A stretch of 64,000 nt of DNA, taken from NCBI GenBank assembly GCA_044450345.1, contig JBIOIY010000003.1, positions 122,646 through 186,645 on the forward strand. Reading direction: 5' to 3'. The stretch's first letter is position 1, and each line of letters opens with the position of its first letter. The DNA comes from Thermodesulfovibrionales bacterium (lineage in GTDB: Bacteria; Nitrospirota; Thermodesulfovibrionia; Thermodesulfovibrionales; UBA6898). Positions 8,078-17,798 of the stretch are shown piece after piece. The position numbers and the translations under genes are program-made. The notes under the pieces were generated by a model. That model was given only the letters and a program-made list of their open reading frames with translations, had not been told where the DNA came from and did not search any database.

Positions 8078-11000
8078 GTGGTTCGGCCTGTACACGTTGC
8101 GGTAAGAGGAAGGGCCCGCTTTAAAGTAGCGGGCCTTTATCGGTCTCCCTTACTCAAAGATCGGATTGAACTCACCCTTAATTCACTTGACGGAATAAGA
8201 GAGGCATCGGCCAACACACATACAGGCAATGTTCTTGTATATTTCAATTCTGACAATACTCCCGGGTCAATCGCATCGGCAATAGCAGCGGCAGTGTATG
8301 GCTACAGATCTCAGCATTGTAACAATCATTCTCCGGAAAATAAAGAAGACGCAGACGGCATCATACCCTATCGGCGGAAAGAAGCTCCCGGAGAGCAAGG
8401 CAGGCCTGTTGTTACGAGGAGGAAATTAAGGAAGAGCATCATCAAGGCAGAGGAACAGAATCCTGATCCCTGGCACCAGATGGATGCGCGTGAAGTGGCG
8501 GGAAAGTTTGGCACATCCCAGCACTACGGGCTTCCCAATGACATCGCAAAGACGAATCTGAAGCGGTATGGTCCCAATGTCCTTCCGGAGGCGGTGCCCC
8601 GCTCCGGGTTAAGCATTTTCCTCGGCCAGTTTAACTCACTTCCTGTGGCACTGCTCGGCGTTGCTGCCGGGATTTCTATAGCCACGGGAGGCGTCGCCGA
8701 TGCGATCGTAATTGCCGGCGTGGTGGTCATCAACGCAGTAATAGGGTATGGGACCGAAACCCAGACCGAAAAGACCATCCATGCATTGAAAAGCCTTGTC
8801 AGACCTTCTGCCACGGTCAAGCGGGATGAACAAATTATAGAACTCGGAGCAGAGGAAGTCGTCCCAGGAGATCTGCTGATCCTCAGACCGGGCAGTTACG
8901 TGCCGGCAGACGCAAGACTGCTGGAGACGTATCACCTGAGTATCGACGAGTCCGCACTTACGGGAGAGAGTCTCCCTGTGATCAAAACAAGTTTGCCTTG
9001 CGAGGTTGAAGAAATCCCCCTTGCAGACAGGGTCAATATGGTCTATATGGGGACACTCGTGACCGGCGGGCAAGGGATCGCCGTGGTCGTGGCAACGGGC
9101 AGGTTTACCGAGATAGGAAAGATCCAGGCGCTTGTAGGAGAGGCAGAATCTCCGGACACCCCGATGGAGCGGCAGCTTCATAAAATGGGCACACAGCTTG
9201 TCTTTATAAGCGGAGCTGTCTGCGGACTTGTCTTTATCGTCGGACTTCTGCGCGGATACGGCTTTTTAGAGATGCTCAAGAGTTCCATATCTCTTGCCGT
9301 TGCCGCAGTCCCGGAGGGACTCCCTACTGTTGCAACTACAACCCTCGCCTTAGGTATAAGGGACATGAGGCGGCATAACGTGCTCATCAGGCATCTTAAT
9401 GCGGTCGAAACACTGGGGGCCGTACAGACGATCTGTCTTGACAAGACGGGAACAATCACGATGAACAGGATGTCGGTAGTCGCCGTCCATACCGGCATGA
9501 AACGATATGAAGTCTCAAATGGGGCGATCACGGCTTCCCGGGAGAAGGTGAGCCCCTATTCAGTCGACGAACTCCTTAGGCTGCTGCACGTGAGCGTGCT
9601 CTGCAGCGAGAGCGAGGTCGAAAGAGAAAAGGGTACTTATGCGGTCAGCGGCTCTCCGACCGAAAACGCCCTGATCTATATGGCGTTGAACGCCGGTATC
9701 AATGCCGTTTCTCTTAGAGAGAGCTTCCCCGTGTTGAGCATCACTCATCGTTCGGAAAGTCGCAATTACATGTCTACCGTCCACAAATCCGAGAGTGGAC
9801 CAGTCATCATTGCGGTAAAGGGGAGCCCCGGCGAGGTCCTTTCAATCTGCAACTGGCACATGAAGGGCGGAGAGAAGCTTCCGTTGACGGAGGAGGACAT
9901 GCTTCTCATAGAGACGGAAAATGAACGCATGGCCGGTCAGGCGCTCAGGGTCCTCGGCGTTGCCTATTCATCGCGGGACGATGAGGAAGCCCTCTCCGAA
10001 GATAGAAAAGATCTTCATGAAGACCTGATATGGCTCGGCCTCGTCGGCATGGCAGACCCCATCAGGGAAAATGTGAAAGAACTGGTCCACGGGTTCCACG
10101 AAGCCGGAATCGATACGGTCATGATAACGGGAGACCAGAGCCCCACCGCATATGCTATTGGAAAGGAATTGAATCTGAGCAATAACGGACACCTCGAAAT
10201 CCTTGATTCTACGCACCTTGCGAATATCGAGCCCGAGGTCATGAAGGCCCTCTGTGAGAGGATACACGTCTTTGCCCGCGTCAGTCCTGCACATAAGCTC
10301 CAGATTGTCCAAGCGCTCCAGTCCGCCGGGAAAGTGGTTGCGATGACCGGAGACGGTATCAACGACGGCCCGGCGCTCAAGGCAGCGGATATAGGGATCG
10401 CCATGGGCCACACAGGCACTGATGTCGCCCGCGAGGTGGCTGACGTGATTATTGAAGACGACAATCTCGAAACAATGCTTATCGCGGTAAGCAGGGGAAG
10501 GACAATCTATAACAATATCCGGAAATCAGTCCACTTCCTGCTGTCCACAAACCTCAGCGAGATCATGGTGATGTTCACGGCGATCTCGACAGGTCTTGGC
10601 CAGCCGCTCAATGCGATGCAGCTTCTCTGGATCAATCTTATCACGGACATTGCTCCGGGACTGGCCCTTGCCCTTGAACTTCCGGAGCCGGATGTGTTGA
10701 GCCGTCCCCCCCGGGACCCACACGAGCCGATTGTCAGAAATTCCGATTTCAAGCGGATAGCTTTCGAGTCGGCAATGCTTTCCGCGGGCTCCCTGGGGGC
10801 TTACGGGTATGGCATTGCACGCTATGGAATAGGACCGCGGGCTGGTTCGGTTGCATTCCTCAGCCTTACGGCAGGACAGCTCCTTCACGCTCTGAGCTGC
10901 CGCTCTGAGCAACACAGCATGTTCAGCGCCGAGAGACTGCCACGGAACAAGTATCTTGAAGTGGCACTGGGCGGTTCCTTTGCGCTCCAGATACTGGCGA

Positions 11001-11137
11001 TGACTGTCCCCGGGCTGAGGAGACTTTTGGGAATAGGTCCAATCAGTATCCTCGATGCTCTTGTGATCGGCGGAAGCGCTGCTTTTCCGCTTCTCGTAAA
11101 CGAGGCGACAAAATCCCCCTTGAGGTTGGCAAGATGA
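8078..11137 (+). CDS. P2A (SERCA-like) cation-transporting P-type ATPase with N-terminal HMA2-like domain
   Basis: TGES, VPEGLP, DKTGT, KGSP, TGD, GDGIND, STNLSE and QLLWINLITD; N-terminus H.AVRGRARF...ANTHTGNVLVYF. Confidence 0.9.
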   Translation: MVRPVHVAVRGRARFKVAGLYRSPLLKDRIELTLNSLDGIREASANTHTGNVLVYFNSDNTPGSIASAIAAAVYGYRSQHCNNHSPENKEDADGIIPYRRKEAPGEQGRPVVTRRKLRKSIIKAEEQNPDPWHQMDAREVAGKFGTSQHYGLPNDIAKTNLKRYGPNVLPEAVPRSGLSIFLGQFNSLPVALLGVAAGISIATGGVADAIVIAGVVVINAVIGYGTETQTEKTIHALKSLVRPSATVKRDEQIIELGAEEVVPGDLLILRPGSYVPADARLLETYHLSIDESALTGESLPVIKTSLPCEVEEIPLADRVNMVYMGTLVTGGQGIAVVVATGRFTEIGKIQALVGEAESPDTPMERQLHKMGTQLVFISGAVCGLVFIVGLLRGYGFLEMLKSSISLAVAAVPEGLPTVATTTLALGIRDMRRHNVLIRHLNAVETLGAVQTICLDKTGTITMNRMSVVAVHTGMKRYEVSNGAITASREKVSPYSVDELLRLLHVSVLCSESEVEREKGTYAVSGSPTENALIYMALNAGINAVSLRESFPVLSITHRSESRNYMSTVHKSESGPVIIAVKGSPGEVLSICNWHMKGGEKLPLTEEDMLLIETENERMAGQALRVLGVAYSSRDDEEALSEDRKDLHEDLIWLGLVGMADPIRENVKELVHGFHEAGIDTVMITGDQSPTAYAIGKELNLSNNGHLEILDSTHLANIEPEVMKALCERIHVFARVSPAHKLQIVQALQSAGKVVAMTGDGINDGPALKAADIGIAMGHTGTDVAREVADVIIEDDNLETMLIAVSRGRTIYNNIRKSVHFLLSTNLSEIMVMFTAISTGLGQPLNAMQLLWINLITDIAPGLALALELPEPDVLSRPPRDPHEPIVRNSDFKRIAFESAMLSAGSLGAYGYGIARYGIGPRAGSVAFLSLTAGQLLHALSCRSEQHSMFSAERLPRNKYLEVALGGSFALQILAMTVPGLRRLLGIGPISILDALVIGGSAAFPLLVNEATKSPLRLAR

Positions 11138-12345
11138 AAAAAGACTTCATATTTACATCCGAATCGGTTACCGAAGGCCATCCTGACAAACTCTGTGACC
11201 AGATCAGCGACGCACTTGTCGACCACTTCCTTCAGCAGGACCCCTTTTCGCGGGTCATTGCCGAGTGCGCCGTATCAACAGCGATCATTTTCATCGCCGC
11301 GAGGTTTTCATCCGACGCCAGTGTCGATTTCCCGAATATCGCCAGACAGGTCATCAACCAGATCGGGTATGACCAGCAGGCTTTTAACGCGAAGACCTGC
11401 AGCATCGTCACAAGCCTCAAAGAACTGCCCTCCGCAGAGGACCAGCGCTTTGACGAGAGGAATCTGACGGAAGATGAAATTGACGCTATCCCCGTCCGTA
11501 ATCAGGTCACCGTATTCGGATTTGCCTGCAACCAGACACCCTCGCTAATGCCCCTTCCGATCTGGCTCGCCCATCGACTGGCACGAAAACTTACCGCAGT
11601 GAGACTCCAAAAAGTGCTTCCCTATCTGGCGCCCGACGGAAAAACCCAGGTCAGCGTGGAGTATAAGAATGGAAAGCCCTACCGGATCCACACCATAACG
11701 GTCATAGCCAGTCAGAACAAGACGGAGAAGTCGGGCGGTCCAGACCTTAAGAGACTTTATGATGATATGCTGGATACCGTCATTCGTCCCGCCTTTCTTG
11801 ACGAGGAGATCAGACCCGATGCCGGCACAAGGATATTCATAAACCCCGATGGTCCTTTTATCACGGGCGGACCCTCAGTGCATTCAGGGCTCACAGGGAG
11901 GAAGAATGCGATCGACACCTATGGTGAATATTCCCGGCAAAGCGGCGCGGCCCTCAGCGGCAAGGACCCTCTTCGGATAGACAGAATCGGCGCGTATGCC
12001 GCCCGGTATGCGGCAAAGAATATCGTTGCCGCGGGCATCGCCGACGAATGTGAAATTCAGTTGAGCTATTCCATAGGGCTGTCCCGTCCAGTAAGCATTC
12101 AGGTAGAGACATTCGGCACAGGTCGGATTTCCGACGAAGAGATTTCCAGAATTATCGAAGGCCTGTTTGATTTCCGCCTCGCAGGGATTGTCCGCCAGTT
12201 CAACCTCAGATTTCTCCCCTCCATAATCAAGGGAGGCTTTTACAGGAAACTTGCCTCTTATGGTCATGTTGGCAGAATGGATATCGGTCTTCCCTGGGAA
12301 TTGACGGATAAGGCCGGCATACTTCGTGACGAAGTTGCCGGGTGA
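11134..12345 (+). CDS. Methionine adenosyltransferase (MetK) paralogue with divergent active site
   Basis: FTSESVTEGHPDK, DGKTQV, GLTGRK, SGKDP and YGH are present; the GAGDQG signature is replaced by PVRNQV; ATGA overlap with the ATPase. Confidence 0.85.
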   Translation: MKKDFIFTSESVTEGHPDKLCDQISDALVDHFLQQDPFSRVIAECAVSTAIIFIAARFSSDASVDFPNIARQVINQIGYDQQAFNAKTCSIVTSLKELPSAEDQRFDERNLTEDEIDAIPVRNQVTVFGFACNQTPSLMPLPIWLAHRLARKLTAVRLQKVLPYLAPDGKTQVSVEYKNGKPYRIHTITVIASQNKTEKSGGPDLKRLYDDMLDTVIRPAFLDEEIRPDAGTRIFINPDGPFITGGPSVHSGLTGRKNAIDTYGEYSRQSGAALSGKDPLRIDRIGAYAARYAAKNIVAAGIADECEIQLSYSIGLSRPVSIQVETFGTGRISDEEISRIIEGLFDFRLAGIVRQFNLRFLPSIIKGGFYRKLASYGHVGRMDIGLPWELTDKAGILRDEVAG

Positions 12346-12439
12346 GAGACTTATGATAGCCGGGTACGTGTCGATCCTTCCGGTGGCCCGTTAAGAAGGC
12401 ATCTACCGGTTGTAAGCGCCCCGCTTTTTTTGTTCTCCT

Positions 12440-12494
12440 GTAACGAAAACTTCACGGTAGCGTCAACTTCCCTTAACGTTCCATCCGTTACAAT
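12440..12494 (+). promoter_or_regulatory. Pho-box-like promoter plus -10 TACAAT
   Basis: GTAAC/TTCAC/GTCAA/TTAAC with cores at 12441, 12452, 12463, 12474; -10 at 12489. Confidence 0.65.
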
Positions 12495-12528
12495 TCACCT
12501 GTCAATTTCTTCGACAGGGAGGTGCGAC

Positions 12529-13323
12529 ATGTATCACGATGCCAAAACGAATTTTATGATGACGCAGGGTCGCTTTCTGGTAAAGCTGGCGGAGGACCGA
12601 AGTGAGTTGGAAAAGGCTCTGAAACTCAGATTTGAGGTGTTCAATCTCGAACTCAAGAAAGGGCTCGCCATATCCTACCTTAATGGGATGGACACGGATG
12701 AATATGATAAGTACTGCGCCCATCTCATCGTAATCGACGCTGACTTCGACAGGGTGGTCGGGACCTACCGGTTATTACCTGGTTTTGTTGCTGAATTCAA
12801 TGTCGGATACTATTCGGAAAACGAGTTCGATATGACCAACATAAAGAACCTGCAAGGGGAAAAACTTGAGCTCGGCCGATCATGCGTGCACAGGGACTAT
12901 CGAAACGCCCAGGTCATTAACCTGTTGTGGGCGGGTATTGCAAGGTACGTGGAATTGTATAACATCCGTTATTTATTCGGATGTGCAAGCCTTTGTTCCT
13001 CGGTCACGGAAGAGGTCAGCCTTGTCTATTCCTACCTCTCCCGTCATCACCCTGCCGAACCTCGTTATTCCGTATATCCGCTGCAGAAAGTAACTGGACT
13101 GCGCATGCTCCAGGTCGAAGACCGGAGAGAGGCATTGAAAATGCTGCCGCCGCTCATAAAAGGGTATACGTCCCTTGGCGCAAACATTTGCGGAAAGCCA
13201 TCGTACGATGCCATTTTCGGAACTGCTGATTTCTTCGTTCTCCTCCAGACGGAAAAAATTATGGCCCGCTACCGGAAGAAGTATTTCCAGGAACAAGAGG
13301 AAGCGTTGTGCCCCGTATCATGA
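12529..13323 (+). CDS. olsB: GNAT N-acyltransferase, OlsB-like (ornithine/amino-lipid synthesis)
   Basis: LRFEVF, D.DEYD.YC.HL, VGTYRL, YSENEF, LELGRSCV, LLWAGI, FGCAS and PPLIKGY. Confidence 0.75.
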   Translation: MYHDAKTNFMMTQGRFLVKLAEDRSELEKALKLRFEVFNLELKKGLAISYLNGMDTDEYDKYCAHLIVIDADFDRVVGTYRLLPGFVAEFNVGYYSENEFDMTNIKNLQGEKLELGRSCVHRDYRNAQVINLLWAGIARYVELYNIRYLFGCASLCSSVTEEVSLVYSYLSRHHPAEPRYSVYPLQKVTGLRMLQVEDRREALKMLPPLIKGYTSLGANICGKPSYDAIFGTADFFVLLQTEKIMARYRKKYFQEQEEALCPVS

Positions 13324-14114
13324 GGGCGGGCAAAGCACTGTGCTTGGCGGTGTTGCATCTCGCATGTCTGTTGACCGGGTTGGTCATCGCGGTCCCCTTT
13401 CTTGTCAGCCGCGACCGGAAGGCCAGAGCAAGGGCCGGGGGTATGATGATCTGGGCAAGATGCGCGTGTTGGATACTGGGCATAAGGATTCATCGCACGG
13501 GTTCATGTCCTCCCGTCAAGGGCATGTTTGTGGTCAGCAACCATAGCAGTTATCTCGATATCATTGTTCTCGGAAGTTTATTTCCCGCAGTTTTTTTGGC
13601 GAAGAAGGAAGTCGGGTCCTGGCCCCTGATCGGGTGGCTTGCGCGGCTTGCAGGTACGCGCTTTGTCGTGCGGGAATCGAGAAAGTCCACAGCGGACGCG
13701 CTTGAAAATATAAAACGGCTACTGGATTCCGGAATGAATGTGATCGTTTTTCCTGAGGCTACTACCAATGATGGGACAATGGTCAGGGACTTCAAGAGTT
13801 CCCTTTTTAAAGCTCCTGTTGACATGAAGATACCGGTGCTGCCGGTCAGCGTCATGTACTCGCACGTGAACTCAATCGCCATGACCCCGGAGATGCGGGA
13901 CTCTGTTGCGTGGTACGGGGAAATGGACCTTATTCCTCATCTTTGGGATGTGCTTGGCCTGAAGCGGATTGATGTCAGGGTGCACCGCTGCCCTGTGATA
14001 CGGGAGGTCCTGGCTGAGGACAGCTCCAAAACCAGGAAGATACTAGCCGCTTTCGCCCATAGCGAAGTCATGTCAGGATTGGAAAGTCTGAGACTTGAGA
14101 TATCCTCTTCCTAA
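13308..14114 (+). CDS. Lysolipid acyltransferase (PlsC/OlsA family)
   Basis: NHSSYLD, FLAKKE, FPEATT and AWYG.M. Confidence 0.85.
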   Translation: MPRIMRAGKALCLAVLHLACLLTGLVIAVPFLVSRDRKARARAGGMMIWARCACWILGIRIHRTGSCPPVKGMFVVSNHSSYLDIIVLGSLFPAVFLAKKEVGSWPLIGWLARLAGTRFVVRESRKSTADALENIKRLLDSGMNVIVFPEATTNDGTMVRDFKSSLFKAPVDMKIPVLPVSVMYSHVNSIAMTPEMRDSVAWYGEMDLIPHLWDVLGLKRIDVRVHRCPVIREVLAEDSSKTRKILAAFAHSEVMSGLESLRLEISSS

Positions 14115-14148
14115 GTTTAGACAGAAGTGCTCAATGACAGCCCCACAC

Positions 14149-14487
14149 TCATTCTTCGCCAAATCCACCTTCAACAGCCTCGATTACCTTTTCCGCAACT
14201 CCCAGGGCTTTTTCCGTTGTTTTCTCTACCCGCTCGTCGCACGTTTCTGCCTCGGTTAGACGGAAATAGCCGTTTTTTTCGAGAATCCCGATGATCTGTT
14301 CGCAATTGATTTTTTTCTCATCAAAGTGAATTATCGCACTTCCAGTAGCAGCATGAATCTCTGTCGCCGATATGCCATTAAGTCCTTTTATGAATGTTTC
14401 AAACTCTTTCGTTTTTACGGCATTATCATGAAGTATGGGTGATTCAATTCTCATCCTGCCAGGAACGTAATGAATATAGTATTTCAT
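14149..14487 (-). CDS. HMA2-like domain protein
   Basis: MKYYIHYVPGRMRI...ATGSAIIHFD. Confidence 0.75.
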   Translation of the reverse strand: MKYYIHYVPGRMRIESPILHDNAVKTKEFETFIKGLNGISATEIHAATGSAIIHFDEKKINCEQIIGILEKNGYFRLTEAETCDERVEKTTEKALGVAEKVIEAVEGGFGEE

Positions 14488-14598
14488 ATATAACCATGAT
14501 ACCACTCCACTTATATCAAATGATAGAATTTATTGAATGTCATAATCCTCCCTTCTACAGGCCTTCTGCAATGTCTACTATAAAGGTCCCAACGCTGA

Positions 14599-15216
14599 TT
14601 AAATGATCTGTTCTATCCCTATGGCAATCAATAAGAGACCCGCCACAACCGAGGCCTTTTTGGATATATTCCATTTTATAAAGAATTCTGCGACGTAGTT
14701 CCCCGCCCATAGAGCAAGAAAACTGAGCACCGCAGACAAAAATCCTACCCAAAATGAGTTAAGTCCAATCATCCCGGCGCTTACCCCTCCTCCTACATTG
14801 TTTATCGAAAGCGCAATGCCAAGGAAAGTTGCTTCTCTGAAATCGATATGTTTTGAATTATCCATATCAGCCTTTTTGGGATCCATCAAAACATGAAAGG
14901 CACTTTTCTTGTTTGCCTGGACAGACTCGGCAGAACAATCATTGTTTTTTTTCAGGTATGGTTCTAATATCATCCACAAGCCGATGGCGGTAAGCAGCAA
15001 CATCGCTATCAGAGAGGATAGTTGCTTACTGATAACTCCTGATATTATTGTTCCTGAGAAAGCTGCAACGAATGAAATGACAAAGGTAATTACAGAAATC
15101 CAAAGATTTATCGGAGTGGATATCCTCACTCCTCGAATGCTATAGGCGATTCTGACACCTATATTGTCAAAATTATTCATTAAGGCAATAAAAAACGTAT
15201 AAAAAAAATGATGCAT
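14599..15216 (-). CDS. MntP/YtaF-family membrane protein (putative Mn efflux)
   Basis: NNFDNIGV..AY and LGIALSINN.G.G repeats; multiple TM segments. Confidence 0.75.
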   Translation of the reverse strand: MHHFFYTFFIALMNNFDNIGVRIAYSIRGVRISTPINLWISVITFVISFVAAFSGTIISGVISKQLSSLIAMLLLTAIGLWMILEPYLKKNNDCSAESVQANKKSAFHVLMDPKKADMDNSKHIDFREATFLGIALSINNVGGGVSAGMIGLNSFWVGFLSAVLSFLALWAGNYVAEFFIKWNISKKASVVAGLLLIAIGIEQII

Positions 15217-16060
15217 TACATTGGTCCTTTCAGTGCGGAAACACACTCTAGAGTGGGATATTAATTTTTCTCAGGTCGCGGAAATACCGCCCGCATATTG
15301 TGGGCTACTTAACAATAGCCGGAGCTCACCATAATTTTGTCTAAGTCCTCAACGACCTGTTGTTTCCCAAGTATATCAGTTGTCGAGTTGATCTAGAGTA
15401 TATCCATAGGCAAGTAATGAAAAAATCCTTGCTCACGCCCGAAACTCCGGATAAAGCATACTCCGGAAAATGCATTATATTGCTATGGCCAAAACAAAAG
15501 GCGAGATTAAAAGGATAAATCCGGTCCAGAAAATCCATCTCTCTTTTACTGATAGATTGCTCCAGTATATCTCAAGTAAAGAGTTTTCACCCGATTTAAT
15601 AGCCCCCGCTTTTGAAATGATCCGGCTCTCAACATAGCTTACTTCTATAGCGCCTATTGCGCACAAGCTACTAATTATTATTTCTGCAGTTTTTACCATA
15701 TTGTATCGCCCCGATACAAAATTATTAAGGCGCCTTTCTCAGATCGACTCTTCATCGCAGAACGTGAAAAACAAAGAGTATTCGGTCTCTTCATAAGTAA
15801 AGAATAACAATTTTAACTATCAAATTGAATGCAATCATAGGCAGATAATGAAAAAACAGCAAAGGTTATCTCACATCGTCAGGAGCTTTGGTGATACACT
15901 TTAATCAGGAGAACAGATAAAGCCAAAGCCTCCCGGGAGGGAGGAGAAGAGTCGGGTACTACAAGCAGAGTTCGGCGCCTTTTCAGTGGATAAGGCAATG
16001 ACAATTCGGCCTAGTCACGTATAAACATTTTTTTGTGCCTATTGTAGGCGGGGGTGTGTA

Positions 16061-16657
16061 ATGAAAGCTGAAGCAACCAGTAACGTAAATGTTCGTGAAG
16101 AAATCGGCAAGGCGGGAACGACCGTCAAAGACGGAATGATCAGCAGCTTGAAAGGGATTAATGAGATCGAAGCAGAGATTGTAAGCCTGGTCCGAAACAC
16201 AGTATCCCATACGTTTCATGCAGGCGGCGAAGTCGCACAGGAGAGTCTCTCACTCACCAGGGAGGTGGTGAAAGGCGCAATAACTGCCGCTGAGGAAGTC
16301 GGCACAGGCCTGATCATGAGCACAAAAAGTGTAGCAAAAGGGATAGTGATGGGAGTAAGCGATGTCGGCGGTGATGCGGTTGCTGCCGCAAGCCAGACTG
16401 TAAAAGGCGCGGTAAAGGGAGCCGCGGAGGTCGGCGCTGATGTTGCGCTGGTAGCCAGGAGAACAGTTGATGGCGTCATCGAGGCGACCAAAGAAATAGG
16501 TGGAAATGCGGAAGACGTTGCGAAAGTGGTTGTGGAGGGTGCAATCGAAGCTGCGGGCAGTATCGGAAACACTGCGGTGAAAGCGGTAAGGGAAATGTTG
16601 GTCGGCGTTGTTGAGGGAGTAAAGGAAGTTGCAAATGCGGCCCTTCCGAAGCGATAA
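16061..16657 (+). CDS. 22-residue amphipathic-repeat protein (copy 2, paralogue of 7385-8065)
   Basis: Long stretches identical to copy 1, e.g. NEIEAEIVSLVRNTVS and TVKGAVKGAAEVGADVALVARR. Confidence 0.8.
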   Translation: MKAEATSNVNVREEIGKAGTTVKDGMISSLKGINEIEAEIVSLVRNTVSHTFHAGGEVAQESLSLTREVVKGAITAAEEVGTGLIMSTKSVAKGIVMGVSDVGGDAVAAASQTVKGAVKGAAEVGADVALVARRTVDGVIEATKEIGGNAEDVAKVVVEGAIEAAGSIGNTAVKAVREMLVGVVEGVKEVANAALPKR

Positions 16658-16742
16658 CATGCAATAGAAGGGCGATGACGGAGGAGTCTTCTCGCTTTCC
16701 AATGGTTGTCTTCACTCTTGTTTTTGTAAGAATGAGGGAGTC

Positions 16743-16964
16743 ATGACAGGTGTATGCCAGTACGATAATGATGCGGAAGAGAGACAACATTCCAAGGCTA
16801 TCCAAATGCTCGCAGGGCAATTAGGCATGCCCGAGAAGGAGATAAGAGAACTTTACGAGGAAATTCTCTGTAGTATCAAAGAAGGGGCAAGGATAAAGGA
16901 TTATCTCACCGTTCTGGTGAGTCGCAACGTAAGAGATTCGATAAGAAGGAGTACCCTTCAGTAA
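16743..16964 (+). CDS. DUF3562-like small helical protein
   Basis: GARIKDYLTVLVSRNVR motif; SD GAGGGAG. Confidence 0.6.
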   Translation: MTGVCQYDNDAEERQHSKAIQMLAGQLGMPEKEIRELYEEILCSIKEGARIKDYLTVLVSRNVRDSIRRSTLQ

Positions 16965-17035
16965 AATTCGGGAATGAAGCCGGCTGAGATGGAAGCCATT
17001 GGGAGAGGGAACGCGCTACTATTGACAGCCCGACT

Positions 17036-17419
17036 TCACTTTACGGTTTTTTTGAGCGTTTCTTTTGCCTTCCTTAGGGGCTTTTTTCTGGGCGTCGCGT
17101 TGTTGCGCTTTGGTTCAGGTTTACCTTCAAGTTTTAGGACCTGCATTTCGAGTTTTTTGATTCCGGCTTTAATTGCTTTCACCTTGTTATTGAGCATGGG
17201 ATTTTTGACTTTTCCGCTCAACGCATACACTGTTCCGCCCAGTTCTGAAAATTCCTTTTGCACTTTTGTCTTCAGCTCATAAAGCTGATACCGACGTTTC
17301 CCTTCCTCGGTGAGTTCTTCTGCCTTTTTCTTTACAACGGAAGCCCCCTCCTTCACAATAGCGATGCCTTCTTCGACGCCTTTTTGCAAATCATCCCTAA
17401 TTTTTGTCCAAAAATCCAT
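17036..17419 (-). CDS. Coiled-coil/amphipathic hypothetical protein with Lys-rich tail
   Basis: SD AAGGAG; MDFWTKIRDDLQKG... Confidence 0.65.
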   Translation of the reverse strand: MDFWTKIRDDLQKGVEEGIAIVKEGASVVKKKAEELTEEGKRRYQLYELKTKVQKEFSELGGTVYALSGKVKNPMLNNKVKAIKAGIKKLEMQVLKLEGKPEPKRNNATPRKKPLRKAKETLKKTVK

Positions 17420-17798
17420 TTGTTCTCCTTTGCTCTCATTCATCAATAGACAGTCAATGATTTGACGGCACCCTACACAAATACCTCATCATCTGCTTTC
17501 AATAAGGCTATCATATAATTCAAAGCTCTGCAATCGCGATAGCCGGCCATGATGAGCGCAGACGACTCTTTGCACGTTCTTTTTGAAATCACCGATACAA
17601 AAATTTCTGCCCCCCCCTTCGGGAGCATGCGCTGCCTCTTACTCAGCAGTGTCGTATTCTGAACCCGTCAAGGTCACTGATGTCATTGCTCCGGAAGGAA
17701 ACGCCTTCCATTTTCGGCCGATAGAACTTCCTGAGAGGCACCTGCAAATTTGAACGTCAGCACCTGGATTGTTTTACAATTTTTTCCCTGTGCTCGGT

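Noticed and set aside
8078..11137. Calling the ATPase FezB or a heavy-metal P1B ATPase
   Set aside because: The TM motifs are P2A-type (PEGLP, WINLITD), with no CPC-type motif
11134..12345. Assigning the gene symbol metK
   Set aside because: The GAGDQG signature and methionine-binding residues are substituted
15341..15699. Two short overlapping minus-strand ORFs as a frameshifted gene
   Set aside because: No recognisable family; cannot be supported without a search
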